Of a stretch of 64,000 nucleotides of DNA, positions 17,152-26,542 are shown piece by piece. The stretch is from Nitrospirota bacterium. GTDB taxonomy: Bacteria > Nitrospirota > UBA9217. The notes beneath the pieces are model-generated. The model saw nothing but the letters and a program-made list of their open reading frames with translations, did no database searches and had not been told where the DNA came from. Positions within the stretch are counted from its first letter, which is position 1, and every line of letters starts with the position of its first letter. A program made the position numbers and the translations under genes. The DNA lies in NCBI GenBank assembly GCA_963845065.1, contig CAWJQQ010000001.1, forward strand, positions 1,088,001-1,152,000. The letters are read 5' to 3'.

Positions 17152-19395
17152 TTATGTTTGTCCATTTTCGATCGGAAGGAGGATCGTAAATATCGTTTTT
17201 TTCCCAACTTCACTTTCCACGTGGATGTCACCTTTAAAGCGCTTGAGGATTTCGTAACTTAGGGAGAGGCCAAGGCCTGTTCCTTTGCCTGCTTCCTTGG
17301 TCGTGAAAAAGGGATCAAAGATCTTCTGAAGCTCGCTCTGTGGGATCCCCATCCCAGTGTCTGCAATGGTTATGCTTATAGCTGCCTTGTTATGATCATC
17401 CTTCCCGAGCCGGGACTCGACCTTTAATTCGCCCCCGTTTGGCATGGCATCAAAGGCATTGAGAATAATGTTAATGAAAACCTGTGCCATCTGGCCTTCA
17501 TCGATCATGATCTTAGGTAGATCAGGATCGAGGCACACCTTGATTACGACTGAGCTCTTCAGACGCTTATCGAGCCGCATCAGGTCTAATGTTGAATTTA
17601 GGACATTGTTCAACTGAACCTCTCTGATATTCAGTGCATCCACGCGAGCAAACGTTGCCATGCGGCGAACAATGTCGGTGATTCGCTGGATATGGGTATT
17701 TATTACGTCCAGGCTATTCTGCGTAAATTCATCCTGTGTCGTCTCCCTCAACAACTGGGCAAATGTTGAAATTGAGGTAAGGGGATTTCCGATCTCGTGG
17801 GCCACTCCTGCAGCAAGCCTACCCAGTGCGGCGAGCTTCTCGGAATGGAGCACCTGCTGCTCAAGTTTCTTTGTAGTGGCCGTTCCTTTGTCGACTTTAT
17901 CTTCGAGTTCGACAGTATACTTTTTAAGTGCTTCTTCAAGCTGTACCCGTTTTGTCACGTTACTGCTCGTTATCAGGATGCCAGGGTCTTTACCGTCGAT
18001 AAGGAGCGGATTAATGTTCATAGTGAGAAAAACGGGTGAGTCCTGCCAGCACGTTATTTTATAGTCCCTAAGTTCAAAACTCTTGCCTTCAAGCGTTCTA
18101 TGCAGAATCTCTTCTACGGGGACGCCATTATAGGGCAGGATTTGATCAGTAAATAGCGAGAAAAAAGATTTGCCGATTACCTGTTCCTTCGAACAGCCGC
18201 AGGTCTGCGCCTGAGCGGTGTTGACCGTTTTGACAGACAGATCCTTGTCCAAGACCATAAGATTCGTTTTGGTATTTTCAATGATGTTCTCAAGGTACTC
18301 TTTTGCAATAACAATCTCCTGCTCCAAACGACGATGGTCCTCGAGATGTTTCTCCTTCTCCTCCGCCATGATCTTCTTTTTGTTGGCAACAATGGTGGCT
18401 CCGGAAGCAACGAGTGTCGTTATAAAGATTGAAGTGATCAGCAGTGTGTAAAAAAGCCTGCTTTGTCTCATGAGTGCCATGACATCTGAGTAAGGCGCAG
18501 AGACCACGACGATCCACGACTTGTGCAAAATTGGCAGTTTGTAGAACGCTGCGAGTTTGTTCTCACCACCTGGTGCTACGTAATAGCCAAAAGTCTCTTC
18601 CTTGCCTTCGATCATTTTTTTTTCGGTATTGAATGACAAGTGACACTTGAAACAGGACTTGTCGGAATGGTAAAGATTTTTGCCTACCATCTGAGGCTGG
18701 GTGGGATGGTAGAGCAGGGTACCGTCACTGTCCATCATCCAGGCATACCCGCCTCGTCCGGACTTAATGGGAGCTAGAAAGTGCGAGGTGAGACCGTCCA
18801 TCGAGAGCGTGGCAAGTACGACCCCGTTGAATTCCTGCATAGCTGGATTTCCCTGAGTCTTATAAATCGGAACCGCAATGATAAACTGTTTCGTATCCGC
18901 GCCTTTTTCATGAGTCTCAAGAAGGTCGGTAATGAGTTTATCATTCTTCGGAAGGATTCGCGCCCTTTTAAAGTAATCAGTTTTCGACAGGTCCGCTCGT
19001 TTTCTGCTGGGATAGGCGCTATCATAACGAATAATGCCGTTCTTGTCGAGAACGCGGATAGTAACGAGCGCTTCATCCTGGAGGCTAAACGTAATTGCAT
19101 TGACCGCGGAACGGACCCGTTGATCCTCTTCGATTCGATCTATCTCCGGCAGCTGAGAGATCGCACGCATGGTTTTGGATACGTGATCGGTAAAACTCTT
19201 TATATTCAGGGCCACTTCACGCGCCAGCAATAACTGCTGTTTGTTGAATTGTTCCGCCATTTCCGATTGTAGCGACTGATGAAAAAATTGTCCGAGTACG
19301 ATGATGAGCGAGAGAACGACGATGAGGGCTAAAACCAACCCCGTGGGAGAAAGGAGTTTTTTTTGCTTGAGCGCACTGATGAAACGTTGAAACAT
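17152..19395 (-). CDS. Sensor histidine kinase (TM-Cache-TM-PAS-HisKA-HATPase)
   Basis: GYAWMMDSDGTLLYHP Cache motif, AHEIGNPL H-box, DTGMGI, FFTTK, GTGLGL. Confidence 0.92.
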   Translation of the reverse strand: MFQRFISALKQKKLLSPTGLVLALIVVLSLIIVLGQFFHQSLQSEMAEQFNKQQLLLAREVALNIKSFTDHVSKTMRAISQLPEIDRIEEDQRVRSAVNAITFSLQDEALVTIRVLDKNGIIRYDSAYPSRKRADLSKTDYFKRARILPKNDKLITDLLETHEKGADTKQFIIAVPIYKTQGNPAMQEFNGVVLATLSMDGLTSHFLAPIKSGRGGYAWMMDSDGTLLYHPTQPQMVGKNLYHSDKSCFKCHLSFNTEKKMIEGKEETFGYYVAPGGENKLAAFYKLPILHKSWIVVVSAPYSDVMALMRQSRLFYTLLITSIFITTLVASGATIVANKKKIMAEEKEKHLEDHRRLEQEIVIAKEYLENIIENTKTNLMVLDKDLSVKTVNTAQAQTCGCSKEQVIGKSFFSLFTDQILPYNGVPVEEILHRTLEGKSFELRDYKITCWQDSPVFLTMNINPLLIDGKDPGILITSSNVTKRVQLEEALKKYTVELEDKVDKGTATTKKLEQQVLHSEKLAALGRLAAGVAHEIGNPLTSISTFAQLLRETTQDEFTQNSLDVINTHIQRITDIVRRMATFARVDALNIREVQLNNVLNSTLDLMRLDKRLKSSVVIKVCLDPDLPKIMIDEGQMAQVFINIILNAFDAMPNGGELKVESRLGKDDHNKAAISITIADTGMGIPQSELQKIFDPFFTTKEAGKGTGLGLSLSYEILKRFKGDIHVESEVGKKTIFTILLPIENGQT

Positions 19396-19998
19396 GTTTT
19401 AATTTACTGCGAAAACAGGAAGGAAGTCAAGGAGGAAAAGACGCAGTTAGGAAAGAAGCCGTTTCGATTCAAGAACAAGCTGTTCAGCTCGATACCACTC
19501 CTGATCTAACTCTGTGTCACGTTATTTGTGTAATGAACTGGCCCCAGCAATTGAATCCCTTGATGACTTTACCTGCTCTTGTTTTCCTTGCGGCTCCACC
19601 AAAATCCTGACGCGGAAATATCTGTAGAATCTGTCAGGAAATACTGTTAAACTGTTCACGAAGATGTCCTCCTTCAAGAAAAGTGGTCTTAGGCAAATCT
19701 ACTCTACCTGAATGAGGTTTTCCCTGCAATTACTCTAATCTTATCGTGGATGGGTCTGCTTCTGACCGAAAGAGTACTCGCAAGCATGGAGCGTAGTAAA
19801 TGCAACTAGCGGATGCCTACAGGTTTACTATCTTCGAATCCCTATTTTGCAGGACCGCAGGCACAGCACAAATAATTTTTATAGGTAGTAATAGTGTTCT
19901 ATATAAATTATACTATATAGTAGTTGAAAAGAGGGATCATAGCGCGCGCAGAAGGAAATTAATTCAGGATCGTTCACTCTAGAAAGGAAGAATTCCTT

Positions 19999-21384
19999 AT
20001 GAATGTTGCTATTGATTATCAGGCGATTCTCTCAAAAGCATTAAGCGGCGGTGGTGAATTCGCCGATATTTTTGTCGAGCGGAGCATTCCTTTCTCAATT
20101 ATATGCGAGGACGGCAAAATTGAAAAAGTCATATCCGGTTTTGATTACGGTGCAGGAGTGCGTCTCATCTTTGGACAGCGGACGGCCTATGCCTATACCA
20201 ACGAGCTGACAACCGCATCGCTTTTGGAAATCGCCGATGCAGTGAGACAAGCGGCGACGCAAGGACTACAGAGGGAGGTCCTCACCCTGACAAGAAAAAA
20301 ACCGCGAACAAATTTTTCAATCATAAAAGCGCCCCAGGATGTAGATACTTCGCGAAAAGTTGACATCGTTCTCAGGGCGAATCGTATTGCAACGAACTCT
20401 GATCGCCATATCAGGCAGGCGCAGGTATCTTACCGAGAGCATTTCCAGCAGATCCTCATCGCGAACTCCGAAGGTGTCTTAGCAGAGGATGAACGCACCT
20501 ATCTCACAGCACTTGTTCACGTTGTTGCGTCTGACGGTAATGTGGTACAAACCGGCTATGAACCGATTGGCGGCAATGTCGGAATGGAGCTTTTTGACCT
20601 CACGCCGCTCGAACAAGCCGCAGAAACGGCGGTGAAACGCGCAGTCATGATGCTTTCGGCGCGCAAAGCGCCGGCTGGAAGAATGTCAGTGGTCATATCC
20701 TCGGAGGCTGGCGGAACTATGATCCACGAAGCGGTAGGGCATGGACTCGAAGCTGACCTGGCCCAGTCAGGGCTTTCCGTGTACTCGAACCGGATGGGAG
20801 ATCGGATCGCCTCCCCGCTCGTCACGGTTTTGGATGACGCTACAATTTCCGGTAAACGCGGATCCTTCCGCTTTGACGACGAAGGTGTTGATTCAGAGAA
20901 AACAATTCTGGTGGATAAGGGTATCCTTAAAACGTTCATGTACGACCGGCTGACGGCCATGAAGGATGGAGCCCGTTCAACGGGGAATGGGAGGCGTGAA
21001 TCCTATAAACATCGACCGATCCCGCGGATGACGAATACGATGATCACACCGGGCGATACTGATCCCAGAAAGATCCTTAAGGCAACGTCAAAAGGCCTTT
21101 TTGTCAAAAAAATGGGCGGCGGACAGGTGAATACTGTGAATGGTGATTTTGTTTTCGAAGTGAGCGAAGGATACCTGATTGAAAATGGCGCAATCGGTGA
21201 GCCTGTGAGAGGAGCAACGCTGACCGGGAATGGACCGCAGGTGCTGCTGTCGATCGACAAAGTTGGGTCCGATCTGGGTTACTCCATCGGCACCTGCGGC
21301 AAAGATGGGCAGGGATCGCCGGTGAGCGATGCTCAGCCGACACTCAGGATACCGGAAATCACTGTCGGTGGAGTTGTTGTCTAA
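19999..21384 (+). CDS. tldD: TldD/PmbA family metalloprotease (TldD type)
   Basis: HEAVGHGLEAD, RMTNT, GTCGKDGQ, QPTLRI. Confidence 0.92.
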   Translation: MNVAIDYQAILSKALSGGGEFADIFVERSIPFSIICEDGKIEKVISGFDYGAGVRLIFGQRTAYAYTNELTTASLLEIADAVRQAATQGLQREVLTLTRKKPRTNFSIIKAPQDVDTSRKVDIVLRANRIATNSDRHIRQAQVSYREHFQQILIANSEGVLAEDERTYLTALVHVVASDGNVVQTGYEPIGGNVGMELFDLTPLEQAAETAVKRAVMMLSARKAPAGRMSVVISSEAGGTMIHEAVGHGLEADLAQSGLSVYSNRMGDRIASPLVTVLDDATISGKRGSFRFDDEGVDSEKTILVDKGILKTFMYDRLTAMKDGARSTGNGRRESYKHRPIPRMTNTMITPGDTDPRKILKATSKGLFVKKMGGGQVNTVNGDFVFEVSEGYLIENGAIGEPVRGATLTGNGPQVLLSIDKVGSDLGYSIGTCGKDGQGSPVSDAQPTLRIPEITVGGVVV

Positions 21385-21499
21385 GAGAACAATAAAAACA
21401 CACGAAATATCTCATAGTCCCTGGCTCGTATAAGATTATTTCTCTGTGATGTCCATACACCCCATTCATGTTCATCAAAGATATACCGCGGGAGCAAGT

Positions 21500-21994
21500 A
21501 TGACAATTCGTGCGGCAATTATTACCATTAGCGACAAGGGTTCTGCAGGACAACGCGACGATCAAAGTGGAAAAGTCATTCGTGATATGATCACTGGTAT
21601 AGGATTTTCCGTGGATCACTACGAAATCCTTCCGGACGAGAAAGAACTCATTATCGAGTCTCTCAAGAGACTGTCAGATGCTGGGAGTATCGATCTTATC
21701 CTCACGACTGGTGGAACCGGAGTTGCCCCCCGAGACGTGACTCCAGAAGCTACGCTTGCGGTAATCAACTGTGTTTTGCCTGGAATGGCGGAGGCCATGC
21801 GCGCAGAAAGCCTCAAGAAAACTCCTCATGCCATGATTTCCCGCGCCGTGGCTGGAATCAGAAAACAGACTTTGATCGTTAACCTGCCAGGCAGTCCGAA
21901 GGCTGTCCGGGAAAATCTCGTAGTGATCCTTCCAGCGCTTTCTCACGCAGTCGAAAAAATCAAGGGAGATCCTGCCGAATGCGGCAGTTCGTAA
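21500..21994 (+). CDS. mog: Molybdopterin adenylyltransferase (MogA/MoaB family)
   Basis: TISDKG, TTGGTG..PRDVTPEAT, NLPGSPKA. Confidence 0.9.
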   Translation: MTIRAAIITISDKGSAGQRDDQSGKVIRDMITGIGFSVDHYEILPDEKELIIESLKRLSDAGSIDLILTTGGTGVAPRDVTPEATLAVINCVLPGMAEAMRAESLKKTPHAMISRAVAGIRKQTLIVNLPGSPKAVRENLVVILPALSHAVEKIKGDPAECGSS

Positions 21995-22081
21995 GCCGTT
22001 ATCCTCTGCATTGAACTCACCATCAGTCATGGAGCACGGAAATACGGTCCAGTATGATATGCTCCTCAGTAACGCCTCTAG

Positions 22082-22110
22082 TTGACAACCACTGCCATTT
22101 AGTATAAAAT
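22082..22110 (+). promoter_or_regulatory. Sigma70-type promoter
   Basis: TTGACA-N17-TAAAAT. Confidence 0.55.
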
Positions 22111-22414
22111 TTCAAATTATCAATCGCTAGTTCTCTTACATAAGTCGCTCTGATCTCATGCTGGAAAATCAGGACATACAAATTCGAGAAACTTACATCG
22201 TTAACCCTCCTTACTTATCCTGTAATCTCCTCCGTACTCAAACCAGGGAGAGTGATATGCACCCAGGAGAAGATGTGAGCTGGTACGATACGTAGGATTT
22301 CATCATGAAACTTAGCAAAAATTCAGTTGAATTACTGCCTCCTCTATGAATCAGAATAGGGGGAGCGGGGCGATGCGGTAGTGACCGTGTATCCGGCAAC
22401 AGCTCCTTTTGCAT

Positions 22415-22453
22415 CCCAGAATCCCACACGCTTTAGCGGTGGGGGTGTGTTAA
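22415..22453 (+). mobile_element. Orphan IS200/IS605-type right end
   Basis: GAATCCCACACGCTTTAGCGGTGGGGGTGTGTTAA: GAAT guide, hairpin, terminal TTAA (drifted TCAA), 35 nt in total. Confidence 0.6.
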
Positions 22454-22507
22454 TTTCATCTTCCCCGCACGGTGAGTTGTACGTTTCACACATGATAAGG
22501 ATAATTA

Positions 22508-23269
22508 ATGTACTGTCCACGATGCGGAAAAGAGATTGCCGAGAGCCAAGTGTTCTGCCAATACTGCGGATTGCGTCTTGTGGCCGAATCGGGCATATCC
22601 CTGTCTTCCACCGAGAGGAATAAAACAGCCTGGGAAAGCCGTGAGGAAATTGGTTTTTTCCAAGGTTTGTTCAGGACGATGAAGGATGCGCTGTTCACTC
22701 CTTCCGATTTTTTCAAAAAAATGCCTGTATCGGGCGGCCTAACCGATCCCCTATTATATGCACTCATTATCGGTATGGCTGGCCTCATGGTATATTATTT
22801 TTGGGATATGCTTCTTTACAATTCTATGCCGGACTTTATGAGTTCGGAAGTCAGAACCGCAGCAGGACGCAGCGTGGTCGAAGGTTTACGCTCACCATAT
22901 GCGGCAGTAATAACACCGTTTCTATTAATTTTCTGGCTATTTGTTTTGTCAGGCGCACTTCATCTCTTCTTACATTTGGTACGAGGAGCCCTGGCTGGTT
23001 TTGAAGCAACCTTTCGTGTTATTGCGTATGGTGTTTCGCCTTTTGTCTTCCTTATTGTTCCTTTCTGCGGAATGCCGATTGCGGTCTTGTGGATGATGAC
23101 AATCGCTATCATCGGCCTCAAAGAGGCACATGGAACAACCGGCGGTAAAGCTGCCTTTGCCGTCCTTTTTCCATTCCTCTTCTGTTGTGGGCTTTTTATC
23201 GCAGCAATGGTCCTGTTCATGGGGGCTATAGCTTCATCATTCGGGAGCATGGTGCATTTCCATCCTTGA
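22508..23269 (+). CDS. Zinc-ribbon YIP1-family membrane protein
   Basis: N-terminal CPRCG...FCQYCG, then five TM segments with GFEATFRVIAY. Confidence 0.85.
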   Translation: MYCPRCGKEIAESQVFCQYCGLRLVAESGISLSSTERNKTAWESREEIGFFQGLFRTMKDALFTPSDFFKKMPVSGGLTDPLLYALIIGMAGLMVYYFWDMLLYNSMPDFMSSEVRTAAGRSVVEGLRSPYAAVITPFLLIFWLFVLSGALHLFLHLVRGALAGFEATFRVIAYGVSPFVFLIVPFCGMPIAVLWMMTIAIIGLKEAHGTTGGKAAFAVLFPFLFCCGLFIAAMVLFMGAIASSFGSMVHFHP

Positions 23270-23300
23270 CATCCTCACTCCCCCCCGCGCCGGAAGCCTA

Positions 23301-23517
23301 GGTGATAACGTCCAGGACATCGTTTATTCAATAAATGATCACTACATCATAGAATCACATATTTGCAACAACTTAGTCTGCTGAAGCCAAAATGATTTCT
23401 AAGTAGCATTTAAGCGGTTAAAAACGCTTATACACCATAAAGCTTGAATCATTAATAGCTTGAAAGTAAAGGATGTCATGAATGTAAAATCAGTACGATG
23501 TCCTGGACGTTGTCACC
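23301..23517. mobile_element. MITE, 217 bp, inserted in the right end of the decayed tnpB element
   Basis: 23-bp TIRs GGTGA(T/C)AACGTCCAGGACATCGT (one mismatch), flanked by TA within CCTAGG on both sides; non-coding AT-rich interior. Confidence 0.85.
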
Positions 23518-23530
23518 TAGGATTCCCGAA

Positions 23531-24836
23531 TCACGCTCTACTGTCAGTGAGGGCCAAAACTGGTTCTGTTTTCGGATATGGCAGAGATGTTTGCCACGTT
23601 CCCGATTCATGGGCTGATGAAACTGGCCTGGTTTTTCTCCAGACGAACCGGCTGACGGATGGCTGTGCCAGGCAGCCGCTACTCCAAGATACTGATTTGC
23701 ACCGGGAGATACCTTTAAGAATATTGCTTGCACCATTTCCATCGGCATGGATTACAACGCCGCAATGCTCACAAACATAGAAGCCACAACGCACACGACC
23801 TGTGTATCCCGAGTATTGCAGATACAGCAGGTTTGGCTCGTTTAGTGCTCCTTTTCTTCCAAAGCGTGGATGCCTTTAAGTCTGACTTTGTACATGACCA
23901 TTTTGATGATCCTATCGAATGGCCATTTATGAAGCTGTTGGTTCCCACTGTTTCCCTAATCCTTGCCTTCTCTGGTGTCCTTAAGGTCCCCCACGATGAT
24001 CGTGGAGACCTCGGTATCGCGAACAAGAGATTTGGTAAAGCTGTGGAGCAGGTGAGAGCGCTGACGAGACCGTTTTTGCTTCAAAGCACACGCTTTCCGG
24101 GATTTGCCGTTGGTCGTCTTTAACTTTTGCATTTCAAAGTGCTGCTCAAGAGCGGCCAACTCACTGTCTAAACAACGGGATGTATGCAGGCGGTCGCTGC
24201 AAGATCCTTCATGCCAAGGTCAATAACCATGGTTTCCCTGTCTCCTTTCAATCCGGGAAAAGAGATCGCGTATACCAGGGGGACAAACCACTTGCCGATA
24301 TCATGTACCAAACGACCAATCTGGATATTGTCTCCGGTTATACGGATACATTAAAGCAGTTTGACCTTCAGAAAGAGGAATTGCTTGCCGTAGATGTTTT
24401 TCGAGATGCTAAAGCGTACAGTAAAAAATCTCGGCTCCTACTTTACAGTGCTTTGTTTGAACGTAACATTGACAGTTCGGTTTTAGGTCCATACCCTGGC
24501 GGGTTGGCATTCATATCTCCATTTTCACGGAGTGCAAACCATGATTTATGTGACTGCTAAAGCTCTTCCAGGACTGCCTGAGCGCTTTGTGAATGCGATC
24601 GGCAATACCAAAAGTGGTATTCTTGTTTAAGGGCAGCATTCAGGTCCAAATATTTTGCCGGTAGCCTTCCAGATTTCCTTGGTATGCCATACGGCAGTGC
24701 TCCAGGGCTTCGTTGCAGAAAAACCAAGCAGCCAGAGGAAAAAGGGGGTGCTATCGTCAGTTACACTTGCCTTACCGACGACAGTCGTTGTTTGGGAATC
24801 TGGCTCTGTGACGGTATCGAACATTGAGGAAATCAT
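23531..24836 (-). pseudogene. tnpB: tnpB pseudogene (multiple stops and frameshifts)
   Basis: Fragments LGFSATK.W, HSQSAQAVLEEL, ANPPGY, IIVGDL, YVCEHCGVVIHADGNGASNIL. Confidence 0.85.
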
Positions 24837-24966
24837 ATTACAAGATGAACATTTGGCAATATTTTTAAAAAACAGAGAACACTTGATTGCTTCGCGATCA
24901 GCGCATTATATTCCGGGCCCAAAGAACAAGGCTTACGGCGCGAAAGGATAGCACGCCCACTCATAA

Positions 24967-25374
24967 ATGAATGTAACTTTCAAAAAAAGATCAACCGGCC
25001 AGATTGAGTTCGGTGTCATTTACGGGAGTATGGCGCTCCTCCTTATGGGAGCAGCCAGGGTTCTTCCGATCCTTTCAATTGCTCCATCTTGTGTACTCAA
25101 AGGGTTAACTGGTATTCCTTGCCCGACCTGTGGTGCAACGCGGTCGGTGGTATATTTGTCGCAGGGTGATCTCGCAACCGCTTTTATCATGAATCCTCTT
25201 ACAGCTTTGGGATTCATAGCTGCCGTACCCTATTTTTTCTATAGCGTTATTACGCTAATATTCAATCTACCAAGAATATGTTTCATCCTCACTAGCCGTG
25301 AGAAAATAGCCGTGCAAAAAACGGCGATTATGCTTATCCTTGTCCAATGGGTCTATCTTATCTCTGCGCGTTGA
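24967..25374 (+). CDS. DUF2752-like membrane protein
   Basis: C..K.LTGIPCPTCGATRS motif and AF.MNP. Confidence 0.85.
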   Translation: MNVTFKKRSTGQIEFGVIYGSMALLLMGAARVLPILSIAPSCVLKGLTGIPCPTCGATRSVVYLSQGDLATAFIMNPLTALGFIAAVPYFFYSVITLIFNLPRICFILTSREKIAVQKTAIMLILVQWVYLISAR

Positions 25375-25497
25375 CCATGCTGATATCACTCCGAGTAGGC
25401 TAACCAGTCAATAATATTATTTACATTTAATTACCACTATGTTACTATTACTATCTTTTAGAATATTCTGTACTTCTAGGCAGTTAGGGAGATTAGC

Positions 25498-26445
25498 GTG
25501 AGCCGCATAGTCATAGGTGTGGACCTCGGCGGTACGAACTTAAGAACTGCACTTCTGAACACTGAAGGGGATGTTCTCGACAAGTACAAGGAGGCGACGC
25601 GCGCTTCTGACGGCTGGAAAGAAATTGTCAAACGATTGATACAAAATATTGAGCGCCAGCAGAAAATCGCTGTTCAGAAAGGGTTGTTGGTAGCTGCCGT
25701 AGGCGTGGGAGCCCCCGGCGTTATTCAGGTGGATAAAGGGATTGTGGTGAAGTCTCCCAATTTTCCGGACTGGAACAATCTTCCTCTTAAAGATGAATTG
25801 GAGAAAGTACTCAAATTGCCCGTTATGATCGAAAACGATGCTAATGCAGCCGCACTCGGTGAACAGTGGCGGGGCGCGGGTATGGGTATCGGGAGCATGA
25901 TTTTCTTGACGCTTGGCACCGGTGTAGGCGGCGGCATCGTGCTCAATAAACAAATTTGGCATGGCGCGGATGGCATGGCTGGTGAGTTGGGCCATATGAC
26001 GATTATCCCCGACGGTCGAAAATGTGGCTGCGGGAATAAAGGCTGCCTTGAGATGTATGCATCGGCGCGGGGCATCGTGCAAAGTTACCAGGATGCTTTA
26101 GACATTTCTGAGGCGGGTATTAAGTCGGAGATCACCTCGGCGCAGGTGTTCCAGGAAGCGAGCAATGGAAACGCCCGTGCAGTCAAGGTCATGCAAGGCA
26201 TGGGTCGTATACTCGGGATCGGCATTGCGAACCTGATCAATATATTTAATCCCGAAATGGTCGTCATTGGAGGCGGCGTGAAGGACGCCTGGCCGCTATT
26301 TATCGATTCGACGCGGACAGAAATCATGAAACGTGCTTTTGAGGTTCCGGCCGCTCGAACGCAAATCTTGCCGTCCAAGCTCGGTGACGATGCCGGCACG
26401 GTAGGGGCAGCTGCTACTGCACTCCAAAAGGCAGGATGGAAATGA
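25498..26445 (+). CDS. ROK family kinase (glucokinase-like)
   Basis: GVDLGGT, ENDANAAALGE, GTGVGGG, GELGH, CGCGNKGCLE. Confidence 0.92.
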   Translation: MSRIVIGVDLGGTNLRTALLNTEGDVLDKYKEATRASDGWKEIVKRLIQNIERQQKIAVQKGLLVAAVGVGAPGVIQVDKGIVVKSPNFPDWNNLPLKDELEKVLKLPVMIENDANAAALGEQWRGAGMGIGSMIFLTLGTGVGGGIVLNKQIWHGADGMAGELGHMTIIPDGRKCGCGNKGCLEMYASARGIVQSYQDALDISEAGIKSEITSAQVFQEASNGNARAVKVMQGMGRILGIGIANLINIFNPEMVVIGGGVKDAWPLFIDSTRTEIMKRAFEVPAARTQILPSKLGDDAGTVGAAATALQKAGWK

Positions 26446-26542
26446 ATGATGAGTCGAAGAATGGGGAATCAAGACAATCAGACATAGTGGTATTTTTTTG
26501 TTTCGCTGATTCACTGGTTCACATTGTACCTTTGTAAGTATT

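Larger units (their letters stand above)
23266..24962 (-). mobile_element. Decayed tnpB-only (IS1341-type) IS200/IS605 element
   Basis: Left end GAGTGGGCGTGC...TAAGCC hairpin after target TTAT; fragmented tnpB; right end ...GAGGATGTCAA; removing it restores CAT CCA TAA ATG between the flanking genes. Confidence 0.8.

Noticed and set aside
19999..21384. tldD without adjacent pmbA/tldE as a novelty
   Set aside because: The two genes are often unlinked; the partner may lie elsewhere in the genome.
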